Numbered from the stretch's first letter, positions 41,123-51,922 are shown. The stretch: DNA of 64,000 bases from an uncultured Candidatus Saccharibacteria bacterium (GCA_964639295.1 CAZXDT010000001.1:52784-116783), one strand, 5' to 3'. The notes: a model not told the origin generated them from the letters alone. Numbers and translations: made by a program.

Positions 41123-42415
41123 CTAACGAGGTACGTTTGCGATGATGTTAGCCATCTTTTCGCCGAGCCATTTGTAGCCAGCAGGGGTCAAGTGTCCGTA
41201 AGTATCGCCAACGTATCCTTTTATTACGAGGCCATCATAGCCACCTGTAACATATTGTATGTCCCAGAGAGGCCAGTTGTTGTCATAGGCTAACTGGTAC
41301 AGCATGGTCATCAGTGGGTTGATATCTGTCTTGGTAAATTGAGATGAACCCTGAGCTACTGAAAGAAGAACAATATCGGAGTTAGGGTATAGCTTTGCTG
41401 TCTCAAAAATACCATCACGAATCGCACCAAGATTATTAGCATTCTTATTCAAGTCATTACCACCAAGTTCAATAAACACGGTGCTTGGCTGGCTAGAATA
41501 ATTTGTCGGATTATTAAACTGCGATGACATGGCAATCTTTGGATCACCCGCAACCGACCAGTCATCTTGTGTATCTCCCGTCACGCCAGAACCGCCCTGC
41601 GCAATATTGTGTGCAGCAATACCTTTATTGGAGTAGACTTCCGCACCAATAATTTGTGTACTGACACCAAAACTAACTGAAATTTTAACTTTATGAGCCT
41701 TGTTAGCCAGGCCAGTTTTTACAAATCGCTTAATGGTACCTGTTTTTGTACCCGTAACTGTAATAGCAGCGCCACCATCAATGCTCACCTTAAAAGTTCC
41801 AGAATCGTAGTAACTAATAGCAACGGTATTGCCAGCTACCGGGGTAAACCCTTTCGCTGCACTATCAAAAGTAGCTGAAGAGTTTGTCACATTTATATAA
41901 TGGCCTCTTGCCTGAACACCTACACCATTTGGACCAGGGCTCCAACGAGCATCAAAATATGGGCTAGAGTAGCCATTTAGCTCAAACGTACGCACTAGGC
42001 CAGTACTGCTTTCTACTGGTAAGTTCAGCTTTGTGTTAAGCAGGCGACGGTAATAGTAAGGCATGCTTTTATCACGATCAATCTTGCCTTGAAATGTTGG
42101 GGTTAAAGCATTCCAACCTGCTGTAATCGAATCTCCTACAAACACATGGTTCTGCTGACTTGTGGTAGCGTTAGCCAGTGACGCTCGAGTCCGTGCCATG
42201 TTGTCGGCTTTATAATTAAACATTCCTGTTGCAGGGTCGAACAGCGTAGTCAGATTAGCGGGCACATAAGAGGGCACACTTGTGTCTGCACGCACAAAAG
42301 GGAGCACGGCACAGGCTGCAAGCGCAGCGATGAGCACGGCCACAAGTCCTGTGCGCTTGTGATTAGTTTGCAGAGACTTAATACGTTTGGTTGGTTTTTT
42401 TGTTTGTTTTTTCAT
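41123..42415 (-). CDS. Secreted SGNH/GDSL hydrolase
   Basis: Signal peptide; VFVGDSITAGW (GDS block) and ELGGNDL block. Confidence 0.65.
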   Translation of the reverse strand: MKKQTKKPTKRIKSLQTNHKRTGLVAVLIAALAACAVLPFVRADTSVPSYVPANLTTLFDPATGMFNYKADNMARTRASLANATTSQQNHVFVGDSITAGWNALTPTFQGKIDRDKSMPYYYRRLLNTKLNLPVESSTGLVRTFELNGYSSPYFDARWSPGPNGVGVQARGHYINVTNSSATFDSAAKGFTPVAGNTVAISYYDSGTFKVSIDGGAAITVTGTKTGTIKRFVKTGLANKAHKVKISVSFGVSTQIIGAEVYSNKGIAAHNIAQGGSGVTGDTQDDWSVAGDPKIAMSSQFNNPTNYSSQPSTVFIELGGNDLNKNANNLGAIRDGIFETAKLYPNSDIVLLSVAQGSSQFTKTDINPLMTMLYQLAYDNNWPLWDIQYVTGGYDGLVIKGYVGDTYGHLTPAGYKWLGEKMANIIANVPR

Positions 42416-42559
42416 ATTAAGTAAATTGTAACAGAATCTTTACACCGGTGCATAGTAAAATTGCATATTTTAGTACCCATTAACGCAAGACCTTCATGAT
42501 GGTTTTCTTGACGCATGCTTTCGATTTATATACCCTATGGGGGTATAGGAGATTACAAC

Positions 42560-43048
42560 ATGTGCAAAGATGGAACATGCGAACATGACCATTCAACAAT
42601 GAACACAAACAAGATGGCTGCCAGTGCAACACTACATTGTCTGGTTGGGTGTGCGATAGGAGAGGTACTTGGTATGATCCTGGGCGTCTCTTTTGGTATA
42701 AGCACATTCCAGACAGTCATCATAAGTACACTCTTGGCTTTTATCTTTGGTTTTACGCTGTCCGTACTCCCACTTTTGAAAGCAGGCATGAAGCTTTCTA
42801 AAGCTATGCCCGTAGTATTAACTGCTGACACTCTATCAATTACGACAATGGAGATTGTTGACAACTCAGTCATTGCCGCAATTCCTGGGGCACTACATGC
42901 CGGCCTGGTGAGCCCATTATTCTGGCTTACCATGCCTCTCAGCCTAATGGTTGCCTTCATCGCAGCGTATCCCGTAAACAAGATTTTAATTGCTAGGGGC
43001 AAGGGTCACGCATTAGTGATGGAACACCACGGCCCACACAGCCACTAA
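42560..43048 (+). CDS. DUF4396-like membrane protein
   Basis: Cys/His-rich N-terminus (CKDGTCEHDH), LHCLVGCAIGE motif, 4 TM. AGGAG RBS. Confidence 0.5.
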   Translation: MCKDGTCEHDHSTMNTNKMAASATLHCLVGCAIGEVLGMILGVSFGISTFQTVIISTLLAFIFGFTLSVLPLLKAGMKLSKAMPVVLTADTLSITTMEIVDNSVIAAIPGALHAGLVSPLFWLTMPLSLMVAFIAAYPVNKILIARGKGHALVMEHHGPHSH

Positions 43049-43057
43049 GGAGAACAT

Positions 43058-43348
43058 ATGAACGATATTAAGTACGGATATGCAGATAACAAGGAACAGG
43101 TGCTCAAACGCCTTAAGCGAGCAGAGGGACAGGTCCGCGGCGTAGCACGCATGGTAGAGGAAGATACCTACTGTATCGACGTCCTTACACAAATCAGCGC
43201 CGTACAGGCCGCATTAGACAAAGTAGCCCTTGAGTTACTTCGCGACCATGCTCATCACTGCCTAACAAATGACTCGGTTCATGCGCAAGGTCATGGCAAC
43301 AAAGCCGATGAGCTTGTTAGTGCGATAAGCCGAATGCTATCAAGATAA
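43058..43348 (+). CDS. CsoR/RcnR/FrmR-family metal-sensing repressor
   Basis: KEQVLKRLKRAEGQVRGVARMVEED.YCIDVLTQISAVQAAL..HHC signature. Confidence 0.75.
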   Translation: MNDIKYGYADNKEQVLKRLKRAEGQVRGVARMVEEDTYCIDVLTQISAVQAALDKVALELLRDHAHHCLTNDSVHAQGHGNKADELVSAISRMLSR

Positions 43349-43528
43349 TTAAGGAGACTCGTATGGAAACTAGACCACTGCTTTACGGATTAATTGGGTT
43401 CTTCATTGGCGGTCTGCTTGTTTCTGTTGCGGCGACAACCTTCGACAAGCCACAACAAGAAAATACACCCGCTAACAATACCATTATGTCCGAAGTGCAG
43501 AAGCACTAGAATTTGGTATAGTTAATTT

Positions 43529-43795
43529 ATGAATAAAGTACAAATCGCTACTGGTGTAGTACATGAAGTGCCAGATGACTTATATAAAGCCCTAATATCT
43601 GATGAATCCGCACTAGAAAGATGGGAAGACCTCACTCCACTTGCGCGCAACGAATGGATCTGTTGGACGATAAATGTCAAAACAGACGAGACGAGAAAGA
43701 AACATGTTGAGCGCGTGATAGAAGAACTACTTGAAGGCGTGCGTCGCCCATGCTGTTGGGTTGGGTGTATGCATCGCACTAAGAACGGTAAGTAG
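43529..43795 (+). CDS. YdeI/OmpD-associated family-like small protein
   Basis: Overall resemblance to YdeI-like proteins (..LARNEWICW..KKHVERV..). Confidence 0.45.
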   Translation: MNKVQIATGVVHEVPDDLYKALISDESALERWEDLTPLARNEWICWTINVKTDETRKKHVERVIEELLEGVRRPCCWVGCMHRTKNGK

Positions 43796-43820
43796 GTAAG
43801 TGGCCTGCTCGAGCTTCCTC

Positions 43821-44690
43821 TTACGCGGCGACAGGCTCACACACTATGGTTGGAACGCCAAGCTCAGATAATACATCTTGGTTTCTAATCGCAAAATCTT
43901 GATCAATCGTTTCTTCAGACAATACTTGGTGTCCTGTATGCATGGTTGTATTTGCGGCAGCAATTACCAAAGACCGCCCCTCAACTTGCAGCATCCCGGC
44001 GTCCATAGAAGTATTGTAGAAATCAGCCTGTCCAATATCAGTGCCTGAGCCAGTTTTATGAAGCCATTTAACTTCTGGCGGTAACTCTGCCTGAGCAACA
44101 CCAAAGAGACGAGCACTCCTCACTAGAAGATGTACGTCTTGATGCCATCCATGTTCATTTGATAAAGGCTTCCAACTGGTATCAGGGGACCAAATAGTTT
44201 TATAGTAATTCACAAATTCCTGCATGGTTGCCGCACCAACCTGAAAGGGTTGTTCCTGGTGGTTAACGCCAGGGAAGTGGATCTTTTCTGTCGCAAGCCA
44301 CATATCACCAAGCCCTAAGGTATTACGAATCAATGCATTGACTGTATCTTGGCCATCTAAGTAGTCAATGAGAGCATTAGTTGCCACACAGTCACTTGCA
44401 CCAGTACTGAGCTGAACTATCGAGCGTAAGTTCAGGTGAATCGGTGACACCTCAGATTCGTTATCTAGACAGTGTTTCAGTTCTCCACTACCGTTAGAGT
44501 AGTGGTCGTGGGTAATGGACATACTAAATAGGTCAATGTCTCTGTCAGTACGTGCAGCGGCCTCCAAGGCAAGTGTTCCGACCACAGATTTAATACCACT
44601 CATCGTTTCGAAAAGTGTCTGGTTATTCTCCCCGTATGTTTGATTACTGCCCAGCTCATGAACAGCAATGCCATACTTTGTTTCAATCAT
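43821..44690 (-). CDS. Serine hydrolase, beta-lactamase-related
   Basis: MSGIKSV (SxxK) near the N-terminus; beta-lactamase-like length. Confidence 0.45.
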   Translation of the reverse strand: MIETKYGIAVHELGSNQTYGENNQTLFETMSGIKSVVGTLALEAAARTDRDIDLFSMSITHDHYSNGSGELKHCLDNESEVSPIHLNLRSIVQLSTGASDCVATNALIDYLDGQDTVNALIRNTLGLGDMWLATEKIHFPGVNHQEQPFQVGAATMQEFVNYYKTIWSPDTSWKPLSNEHGWHQDVHLLVRSARLFGVAQAELPPEVKWLHKTGSGTDIGQADFYNTSMDAGMLQVEGRSLVIAAANTTMHTGHQVLSEETIDQDFAIRNQDVLSELGVPTIVCEPVAA

Positions 44691-44736
44691 TACAATATTA
44701 AAACATAATTATGACTAATGTTCAATGTTTGGGTGT

Positions 44737-44925
44737 CTAGCCAATGAATTTGAGGAGATCATAGACCACAAATGCTGGCCAAACGATCGCCTTAAGTAGT
44801 GCACCTATGGTTGGCCAGAAGCTACTGGCTTGCTGCACCCAAAATACTGCCGAGCCGATCATCCCAAGAAAATACGCACCATGACCACCTGAGTTTCCAG
44901 GGGTCATTTTGTTACTATGCTTCAT
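44737..44925 (-). CDS. Small membrane protein
   Basis: Two TM helices. Confidence 0.3.
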   Translation of the reverse strand: MKHSNKMTPGNSGGHGAYFLGMIGSAVFWVQQASSFWPTIGALLKAIVWPAFVVYDLLKFIG

Positions 44926-44990
44926 AAGATTATCCTCCTTCAATCCAGTATGCTACTTCTACGCATAACTTACAATTAACATTTAGTCGA

Positions 44991-45635
44991 CTACTGTTGC
45001 TTAACTGGCTCGTAGTGCAGAGTTCCAACCACCTCTTCGACCAATTCGCGCTGGTCCTTGTCACCATCAAGAACAAAGTAACTCAAGGTCACATCAAGAT
45101 CGTCTTTTACAAAATAGTAGGTATAGTCTCTCTCTCCACCCTTCATTACATAACTACCAATCTTCTCACCTGCAGAGAATTGGTGAAAGTATTGGTATCC
45201 ACTGAGGGTATCCGTTTTGAAACTTGTTTTCTTATACGTGTTGTATTCGTCTGGGAAAAGTGATGAGTCACCGTAGCTTACTGAAAAACGCTCTATGTCA
45301 CGATCCACAATTTTATCGGTATAAACCGTCCCTACATTTGCGTCATAAGTGAGTTCATCAACGAATATACTTCCGCTAGCAAAATCTTTGCGTGCAATCT
45401 GCCAGCCTGAAGGGATAACAACACTCCATGTCGGTCCAAAAAATGTCTTTAACCTAAGTCTCTCGCCAGTATACGACTGGGTCTTACTATGCTGCATTCC
45501 TTGGCTGGTCGGCATATCTTGCTTAGTAGCAAGTTTGACCACCACAACTATTCCCAGGAAGACAAACAAGGTCATAAAGACAGCAAGGTATTTATATCTT
45601 TTAGGAGTAGTACGATTTTTTTGTTTCTTGCTCAT
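44991..45635 (-). CDS. Membrane-anchored hypothetical protein
   Basis: Basic N-terminus plus one TM. Confidence 0.4.
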   Translation of the reverse strand: MSKKQKNRTTPKRYKYLAVFMTLFVFLGIVVVVKLATKQDMPTSQGMQHSKTQSYTGERLRLKTFFGPTWSVVIPSGWQIARKDFASGSIFVDELTYDANVGTVYTDKIVDRDIERFSVSYGDSSLFPDEYNTYKKTSFKTDTLSGYQYFHQFSAGEKIGSYVMKGGERDYTYYFVKDDLDVTLSYFVLDGDKDQRELVEEVVGTLHYEPVKQQ

Positions 45636-45745
45636 AGAAATAATAATAACACCCTACGTTGTTAAGCGGGTGCGAACAGAGCAATCTGGTCCTTAGTGAA
45701 AAAGTGTTCACTGATTAAGTTTGTCCGCTCCGGCATGATTGGGGC

Positions 45746-46474
45746 ATGACAAAACTACCATTTTCAAACTTCGATTTACCAAGACAACACCTGAGCGGTG
45801 AAGGACACTACATCCCACCCCGTGCACGTGATAATGACGAGATTGCCCGGAGGCGATCATTGCCAGCTGGCGTTGTACTACTTGAGCAGCAGAGACGAGG
45901 CCTCCAAGTTGCCGGCAATATACTCACGCTCGTTGAGGCAGATGAAGATCTCAAATTTACCACCAAGCTGCTCGGCATGGCAGCACTTAATACTGGCTGG
46001 TATGCATTCGCGCAAAACGCACCAGACGTTATGCGTCGTCGCTTACTGCTACCTAAATTAGCAGACCACGAGACTGATTGGCGCCAAACTACAGAAGGAC
46101 TCCGCGCAGATACGATGAAAGGAATCACTATCGCCGAAGAAACCGCATCTATCATGGTTGAAAGGCATGCAAATAGAAGCCGTATCCCAGTGATACCTGC
46201 TGCCCTTGGCCGCCGCATGGGTAATGTGTCGTTGCAACTTGCAGCCATACACCATGGTGCAGTAAACGTTGCTGGTGATGCATTTGATGTACAAAAGCAT
46301 GTGCGTGATACTTCACTAGATATACTCGAAGCGGCAAGGGAATTCGGTATCGCCACTGGCTCGCACCCATCGATAGCACAACTAGCTGATCCTGATAGTC
46401 CATTAGCCGTTCACTGGCGCAGGGAAGCACCAAATGGGGCATACGAGGCCTATGAGGCAGCAATCGCTAGCTAG
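45746..46474 (+). CDS. Hypothetical protein, GC-rich relative to its neighbours
   Basis: Ala/Arg-rich translation; locally higher GC. Confidence 0.4.
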   Translation: MTKLPFSNFDLPRQHLSGEGHYIPPRARDNDEIARRRSLPAGVVLLEQQRRGLQVAGNILTLVEADEDLKFTTKLLGMAALNTGWYAFAQNAPDVMRRRLLLPKLADHETDWRQTTEGLRADTMKGITIAEETASIMVERHANRSRIPVIPAALGRRMGNVSLQLAAIHHGAVNVAGDAFDVQKHVRDTSLDILEAAREFGIATGSHPSIAQLADPDSPLAVHWRREAPNGAYEAYEAAIAS

Positions 46475-47171
46475 AGAAATCTTCTTCTAAATAGAACAAC
46501 CCTGGTTGGGCGAGCTTATCAACAAACAAAGGGATACTCGGCAACAGATCACTAGAGCTAAAGTCTGGATCTGTCTGCCAGTAGTACTCTGCTAACTCGT
46601 CCAGTTGCTGCAACTCGCCTTTAGGGTCCAAACATTCAAGCATCGTAAAGTGCGTAAAGCTCTCTAAATTGTCTGACTCGTACATACGTAAGTAACCGCT
46701 TCCCCGAACGGTGAACTCACCATCTAGACCAACCTTACGTAGCAATTCCTTCTGCGCGGTCACGTCTGCATGTTCAATAAAATCTGAATGAGCGTGCATA
46801 AATCCAACACGGTCGAGTAGTGGGTGGGTCTTACGGCGACAAAGCAGCCAAGCGCCGTCGCTACGCTTAACAACTAGGAACAACACTGAAAGAGCACGGT
46901 CGAGAAATTGATCATTCTTCTTAATAACCTCTTTACCGACACGTCGGCCCTTAGACGTAAGAGCATACTCGCCCGAATCCGCTTTAATAACAAAGCCAGC
47001 GGCGATAACTTTTTTCAGATGATAATCGAACAGTTTGTTCTCTAAACCATCTGGCTTAAGGTCGCTAAACCGCATGCTTTCTGCCAATGCCAAAGCATAT
47101 ACAATGTTCTTCTGAATATAATGATCCAACATACCCCTAGTATAACTGAGTAGGCGATTTGTTTGTTCCAT
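46467..47171 (-). CDS. Hypothetical protein, possible winged-helix plus degenerate Nudix-like fold
   Basis: Weak ..EHADVTAQKELLRKVGL.. Nudix-like stretch. Confidence 0.35.
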   Translation of the reverse strand: MEQTNRLLSYTRGMLDHYIQKNIVYALALAESMRFSDLKPDGLENKLFDYHLKKVIAAGFVIKADSGEYALTSKGRRVGKEVIKKNDQFLDRALSVLFLVVKRSDGAWLLCRRKTHPLLDRVGFMHAHSDFIEHADVTAQKELLRKVGLDGEFTVRGSGYLRMYESDNLESFTHFTMLECLDPKGELQQLDELAEYYWQTDPDFSSSDLLPSIPLFVDKLAQPGLFYLEEDFSS

Positions 47172-47199
47172 CAGTTACTGACATGTCATAATTATCGCT

Positions 47200-47775
47200 A
47201 TGTCATCTGAAGCATTACTGCACCTACTCCTCACATTCAAATACCTAGCGCTCTATCTAATAGTTATCTTTGAAGGGTTCTTTGCCACCATAGCTGGCGG
47301 GGCACTTTCTGCACAAGGTGTTATGAATGTAGTCATTGTCTGCCTGGTTGTTATAGCAGGGGACATGACGAGTGACTTTATCTTCTACACCTTTGGCAAA
47401 CGAATGAGTCGGCATAAGTGGGCGCGATTTATAGGGCTATCCCCAGCTCAAATAGTAAAAGTTGAGCGAATATTTAAACGCCAAGGCGCTCCGCACACCA
47501 TCATCCTGGCAAAACTCAGTAGCCACCTTGCTATACCTGTAATAGTGGCAGCTGGTGCCATCCACATGCCAAAACAACGATTCTATGCATATTGTGGTGT
47601 TGCAGCTACCATCAAGGCCACAGTACTAGTTGGGCTTGGGTTCTACTTTGGTTCTGAGATACATAACTTAGTAAATGCCGTAGTTATTGCCTCTGTGGGC
47701 ATATCAATTGTCGTACTTACTTATTGGATAGGCTCCCATATGCTAGAAGCCAACAAAACCCGCCGCGAATCCTAA
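47200..47775 (+). CDS. DedA-family membrane protein
   Basis: Typical DedA/SNARE-associated TM pattern. Confidence 0.65.
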   Translation: MSSEALLHLLLTFKYLALYLIVIFEGFFATIAGGALSAQGVMNVVIVCLVVIAGDMTSDFIFYTFGKRMSRHKWARFIGLSPAQIVKVERIFKRQGAPHTIILAKLSSHLAIPVIVAAGAIHMPKQRFYAYCGVAATIKATVLVGLGFYFGSEIHNLVNAVVIASVGISIVVLTYWIGSHMLEANKTRRES

Positions 47776-47778
47776 ACT

Positions 47779-49437
47779 TTACTCGCCAATTGGGATAGTT
47801 TCGCCGCCCATTTTTTGGGCGAAGTAACTATCATGAGAGATGTAAATAACCGCACCATGGTAATCTGCCATGGCGTTTTCTAATTCCTCAATGCTTGGTA
47901 GGTCAAGATGGTTAGTTGGCTCATCAAGAATCAAGATCTGTGGGTCATTAACAAGCATTCTGATTAACTGGAAGCGAGCTTTTTGGCCACCACTCAAACG
48001 ACTAATTGGCATGTCACCGTCAGTCATTGGGTTAAATAGGTAATCACCAAGTAGTTGTTTGACCTTCTGGTCATTGATTGGCACATCGTGATCGAAGTAG
48101 ACGCGTTCAATGGCTTCGGCCAGCTTGAGGGGTAAGTACTTTTCGTCAATTTCTTGTTCGTACAAACCGAGTCGTAAGTCTTTCTCGACTGCCAATGTAC
48201 CAGCAAACTTTTGGCAGGCAAGTGGTTTATCAGCAACCTGAGACATGATGGCGTTTACTAGCGTCGTCTTACCAGCACCGTTACGGCCGTGCAAACGAAT
48301 ACGCTGACCTTCATGCAGGCTAAAGTCGATATTTTCAAACAAAGGCTTATCATCGTAACCCAAGCTGAGCTTACTCGCCTGGACAATGAGTCGTTCTGAC
48401 TTAACTGCCTTGGCATTTGTATTAAGTGAAATATTCTTTGCCTTGTACTTATCGTAGGCGACTGTCATCTTAGTACCGAGCTCGTCCGCAGACTCACGGT
48501 CAATCCAGAACGAAGGTTTGCTTAGCTTTTCGAGCTGGGCCAGTTCAGCAGAAGCTTTCATTTCTGATGACTTGAAACGCTGGATAGTACCAGGGTCACG
48601 AGATTTTTCCTTAAGTCTACGGAAACGGATAACATCATCTTTAAGATTACGGATACGCTTTTGAGTTAAGTCATATTCATTAACCTGGGATGTCATCTGG
48701 TTCTTATTAATACGCAGATATTGAGCATAATTACCCTTAAAGGTGTAGGCTTGCCCATCGCGGATCTCAATAATCTTATCCACGACACTCAGTACATCAC
48801 GGTCGTGTGTAATGACCATAACGGCCTCCTGAGCTGATTTGAGCCACTTAGTGAAGGCTTGCTTGGCAACATAGTCCATGTGGTTGGTTGGTTCATCAAT
48901 CAATGCTAGGTGACCACGTGATCGCTGTACCTTAATAAGCTCCGTCATACGCTTTTGGCCACCAGAGAGCTCGCCAACCTTACCGTAGAGCTTACTCGGG
49001 TCAATTTGGTAGGCGGTAAAGGCTTGTTCTAGTTCATCTTCAATTTGGTAATAACCCAATTGCGTAAAGCGTTCCAACGCATCGCTATACTCTTGAATTT
49101 TACGAGTATTGTCCCCCATGTGCTCGGGGTAGGTGGTAATAATGTCGTGTAACTTCACGAATTCAGGCAAATCACCCTGGATGTACTCTAGGACTGTCTT
49201 ATTATCGAATCCGTGGTGCTCCTGGCGGCTACTAATAATGGTCATGCCACTCTTGAGCTTGATCTCGCCCTGGTAGTCTTTATCATCACCGGTCACAAGG
49301 TGGAGTAGGGTAGATTTGCCTGTGCCGTTGCGACCAACAAGCCCAACCTTCTCATTTGGTTGCACGTCAAACTGCAGATTGGTATATAACACTTTTCCGC
49401 CAAATGACTTTTCTGATACAGCTACAGACAATAACAT
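47779..49437 (-). CDS. ABC-F family ATPase (two tandem ABC domains, no TMD)
   Basis: Two Walker A motifs (GRNGTGKST, GRNGAGKTT), two LSGGQ signatures, charged inter-domain linker. Confidence 0.85.
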   Translation of the reverse strand: MLLSVAVSEKSFGGKVLYTNLQFDVQPNEKVGLVGRNGTGKSTLLHLVTGDDKDYQGEIKLKSGMTIISSRQEHHGFDNKTVLEYIQGDLPEFVKLHDIITTYPEHMGDNTRKIQEYSDALERFTQLGYYQIEDELEQAFTAYQIDPSKLYGKVGELSGGQKRMTELIKVQRSRGHLALIDEPTNHMDYVAKQAFTKWLKSAQEAVMVITHDRDVLSVVDKIIEIRDGQAYTFKGNYAQYLRINKNQMTSQVNEYDLTQKRIRNLKDDVIRFRRLKEKSRDPGTIQRFKSSEMKASAELAQLEKLSKPSFWIDRESADELGTKMTVAYDKYKAKNISLNTNAKAVKSERLIVQASKLSLGYDDKPLFENIDFSLHEGQRIRLHGRNGAGKTTLVNAIMSQVADKPLACQKFAGTLAVEKDLRLGLYEQEIDEKYLPLKLAEAIERVYFDHDVPINDQKVKQLLGDYLFNPMTDGDMPISRLSGGQKARFQLIRMLVNDPQILILDEPTNHLDLPSIEELENAMADYHGAVIYISHDSYFAQKMGGETIPIGE

Positions 49438-49592
49438 AACTGACCTATTGTATAGGAGTTAGTGGCTTTTGTGTAACAGATGGGACGAGTCAGCAAGAAA
49501 AGCTTACAATATAAAGAGCTTGTGCTATTAACAACAAACACTTAAAATTGCCTTAGATATTCATACCCTGCGTTTCAGAGGAGCGCCAAAAC

Positions 49593-50963
49593 ATGAGATT
49601 AAAAAAACAAGTCACGTCTAGAAATAAAAAACAGTCTAAGAAACAAAACAAAGTTATCAGGTGGATATCAAGCCACACAGTTGTTACTGCAATTCTATCG
49701 ATTGCTATCTTTGGTGGTATAGGTGCATACATCATCACTGCCTCCCAGGCAGCTACCGTTAGTAACGTGCGCGTCAGCACGAGCTTGGGCTGCAGGCTCG
49801 TTGGTCGTGTGTGGGATGGTGACTCTTGTAACTACGGTGCAGTGGGGTCAAGTGCACCATGTATCTCGAAAGCAGAGACCTATAGGGAAATTACTGGTAC
49901 TGACAAAAACACTCGTGGCTATTGTACGAATTCAGTTGCACTAAGTATTGGCCAGAGTTCTTGTGTGGATACCCTGCACAGAATGTATGTCTACCAGATC
50001 GGTTGTGCGAGGCGCATTGACCAAAATAACACTGCCAATGCAGTACAGTGTCAACCTGACTATCCAAACTATGTTGCCAATGTCTCTACCGACTACTGCA
50101 AAAAACCAACAACAACTACAACAACGACAGGTATCGATACCACAAACAAAGATGCAGTTAATAACGCCTACAAGAGCCTTTGGGTTTCTGGCCAAAGCGT
50201 AACCTCAGGTTGGACCGGCTCAGTGAATGGATGTAAGGCAGGAACAATAACTGCTGCTGCACAGACGGCACACGTAAATGCAGTCAACTTCGTACGACGC
50301 ATGGTTGGACTAGGTTCAATTAGCGCATCGACAAACACAGCCGGTGTGCAATCTGCAGCGCTCATGATGGAAGCCAACGGATCCTTGTCACACTCACCAC
50401 CGACGACTTGGATTTGCTATACAGATGCCGGTAAGTCTGCAGCCGGTAAATCAGACATTGCACTTGCATTTCCAACAATTAACCCCGTAAAATCAGTCGA
50501 CCTATACATGAAAGACCCGGGTGACAGTAATCAAGCCGCCGGTCACCGCCGTTGGATTCTTAACCCACCAACATCTTCTATGGCATTCGGAATGACTACA
50601 GCCGCTTCAGCAATTCAAGTTATTGGACTTTCGCAAGATAACACTGCAAATCCTGCGTGGGTACAGTGGCCAAGTGATGGTTATTTTCCTGACGCTATTG
50701 AACCAAATGGTCGTTGGTCATTATCATCAGGTAACAACACTGCATCATTCACAAATGCTACTGTGACTGTCACACACAACGGAACTAATGTTCCCGTAAC
50801 AAAGTTTGCCCCCCACACAGGTTACGCAAAGCCAACACTCGTATGGCAAATGCCTGCAGGGTTTGCAAAGACAGGAACCTATACTGTCAGTGTTAAGAAT
50901 GTGGTGATCGGTAGCACGGCTTATAGCAGCTCCTATAATGTCACTTTCTTTACTCCTTACTAG
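49593..50963 (+). CDS. Secreted protein with Thr-rich linker and CAP-like domain
   Basis: N-terminal TM/signal, TTTTTTG linker, AGHRRWILNP CAP-like motif. Confidence 0.5.
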   Translation: MRLKKQVTSRNKKQSKKQNKVIRWISSHTVVTAILSIAIFGGIGAYIITASQAATVSNVRVSTSLGCRLVGRVWDGDSCNYGAVGSSAPCISKAETYREITGTDKNTRGYCTNSVALSIGQSSCVDTLHRMYVYQIGCARRIDQNNTANAVQCQPDYPNYVANVSTDYCKKPTTTTTTTGIDTTNKDAVNNAYKSLWVSGQSVTSGWTGSVNGCKAGTITAAAQTAHVNAVNFVRRMVGLGSISASTNTAGVQSAALMMEANGSLSHSPPTTWICYTDAGKSAAGKSDIALAFPTINPVKSVDLYMKDPGDSNQAAGHRRWILNPPTSSMAFGMTTAASAIQVIGLSQDNTANPAWVQWPSDGYFPDAIEPNGRWSLSSGNNTASFTNATVTVTHNGTNVPVTKFAPHTGYAKPTLVWQMPAGFAKTGTYTVSVKNVVIGSTAYSSSYNVTFFTPY

Positions 50964-50983
50964 TTATCAATACAACTGAAAAA

Positions 50984-51008
50984 CAGGGTGATATCACCCT
51001 GTTTTTTT
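50984..51008 (+). terminator. Intrinsic terminator
   Basis: Perfect hairpin CAGGGTGATATCACCCTG plus T7. Confidence 0.75.
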
Positions 51009-51159
51009 ATGTAATTTAAATCACATCCAAGTAGTAGCAGCGCTTACAGCGTTTATATCCCCATAAGCCTATAGTAAAAGTATCGGTTGAGACCAGGGAT
51101 AATCCTACCAACCACAAGGACAAATATATCGCTCTATGGAAAAGAGCGGGGGGTTTGTG

Positions 51160-51864
51160 ATGCCAAAATTCAATAGATTACGTACTACAGCAACCATGAC
51201 ACTGTCAGTGGTAATACTTAGCTTTGGCGGCATAAACACAGTGCTCGGAGGGACTGCGTCAGCGGTGAGTGATATAGTGCTCGTAACCCTCACTAACAAT
51301 CAGCGTGCAGCGAATGGCTTACAACCATTGTCATGGAACGGAAGCCTCAGCCAATCTGCTGCACTCAAGGCTCAAGATATGTGTATTAAAGACTACTGGG
51401 CGCATGATAGCCCCGATGGACTAACACCATGGGCATTCATGGACAGGGCAGGTTACCCCTATGCAACTGCCGGAGAAAATTTAGCTAAGAATTACGCAAC
51501 TGACGAAGGGGTCATAACCGGCTGGATGAACAGTCCTGGACACCGTGAGAACATACTCAAGACAAGTTTTACCGACATTGGAATCGCCAGTGTGCAATGT
51601 GTCATGCAGGGAGTACAAACTACGTTGGTTGTTGCTCACTATGGCAGTACAGGCCGACAGTCAGTAGCCAAAACACCTCAAGCAGCAGCTCCAAAAATAC
51701 ATACTACAGTACCCGTACAACAACCCGTCACCCCAGTAGCACAATCTTCACCGGCGGTTAAGACAGATAGTATTGTGCAAACTTCTAAAGTACACAAACA
51801 AACTATGGTGGAAATAATCACAAGCTTACAGAAACTACTAAATACATCGACAATCATTAAGTAG
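51160..51864 (+). CDS. Secreted CAP-domain protein (YkwD-like)
   Basis: LTNNQRAANGL.., HDSPDG, GENLAKNY, GHRENIL CAP motifs. Confidence 0.75.
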   Translation: MPKFNRLRTTATMTLSVVILSFGGINTVLGGTASAVSDIVLVTLTNNQRAANGLQPLSWNGSLSQSAALKAQDMCIKDYWAHDSPDGLTPWAFMDRAGYPYATAGENLAKNYATDEGVITGWMNSPGHRENILKTSFTDIGIASVQCVMQGVQTTLVVAHYGSTGRQSVAKTPQAAAPKIHTTVPVQQPVTPVAQSSPAVKTDSIVQTSKVHKQTMVEIITSLQKLLNTSTIIK

Positions 51865-51922
51865 ATCCTTTGTGTAGTGCCCGATAAAACGTAGCTTACT
51901 AAACCAGGATTCTGGGCAGGCA

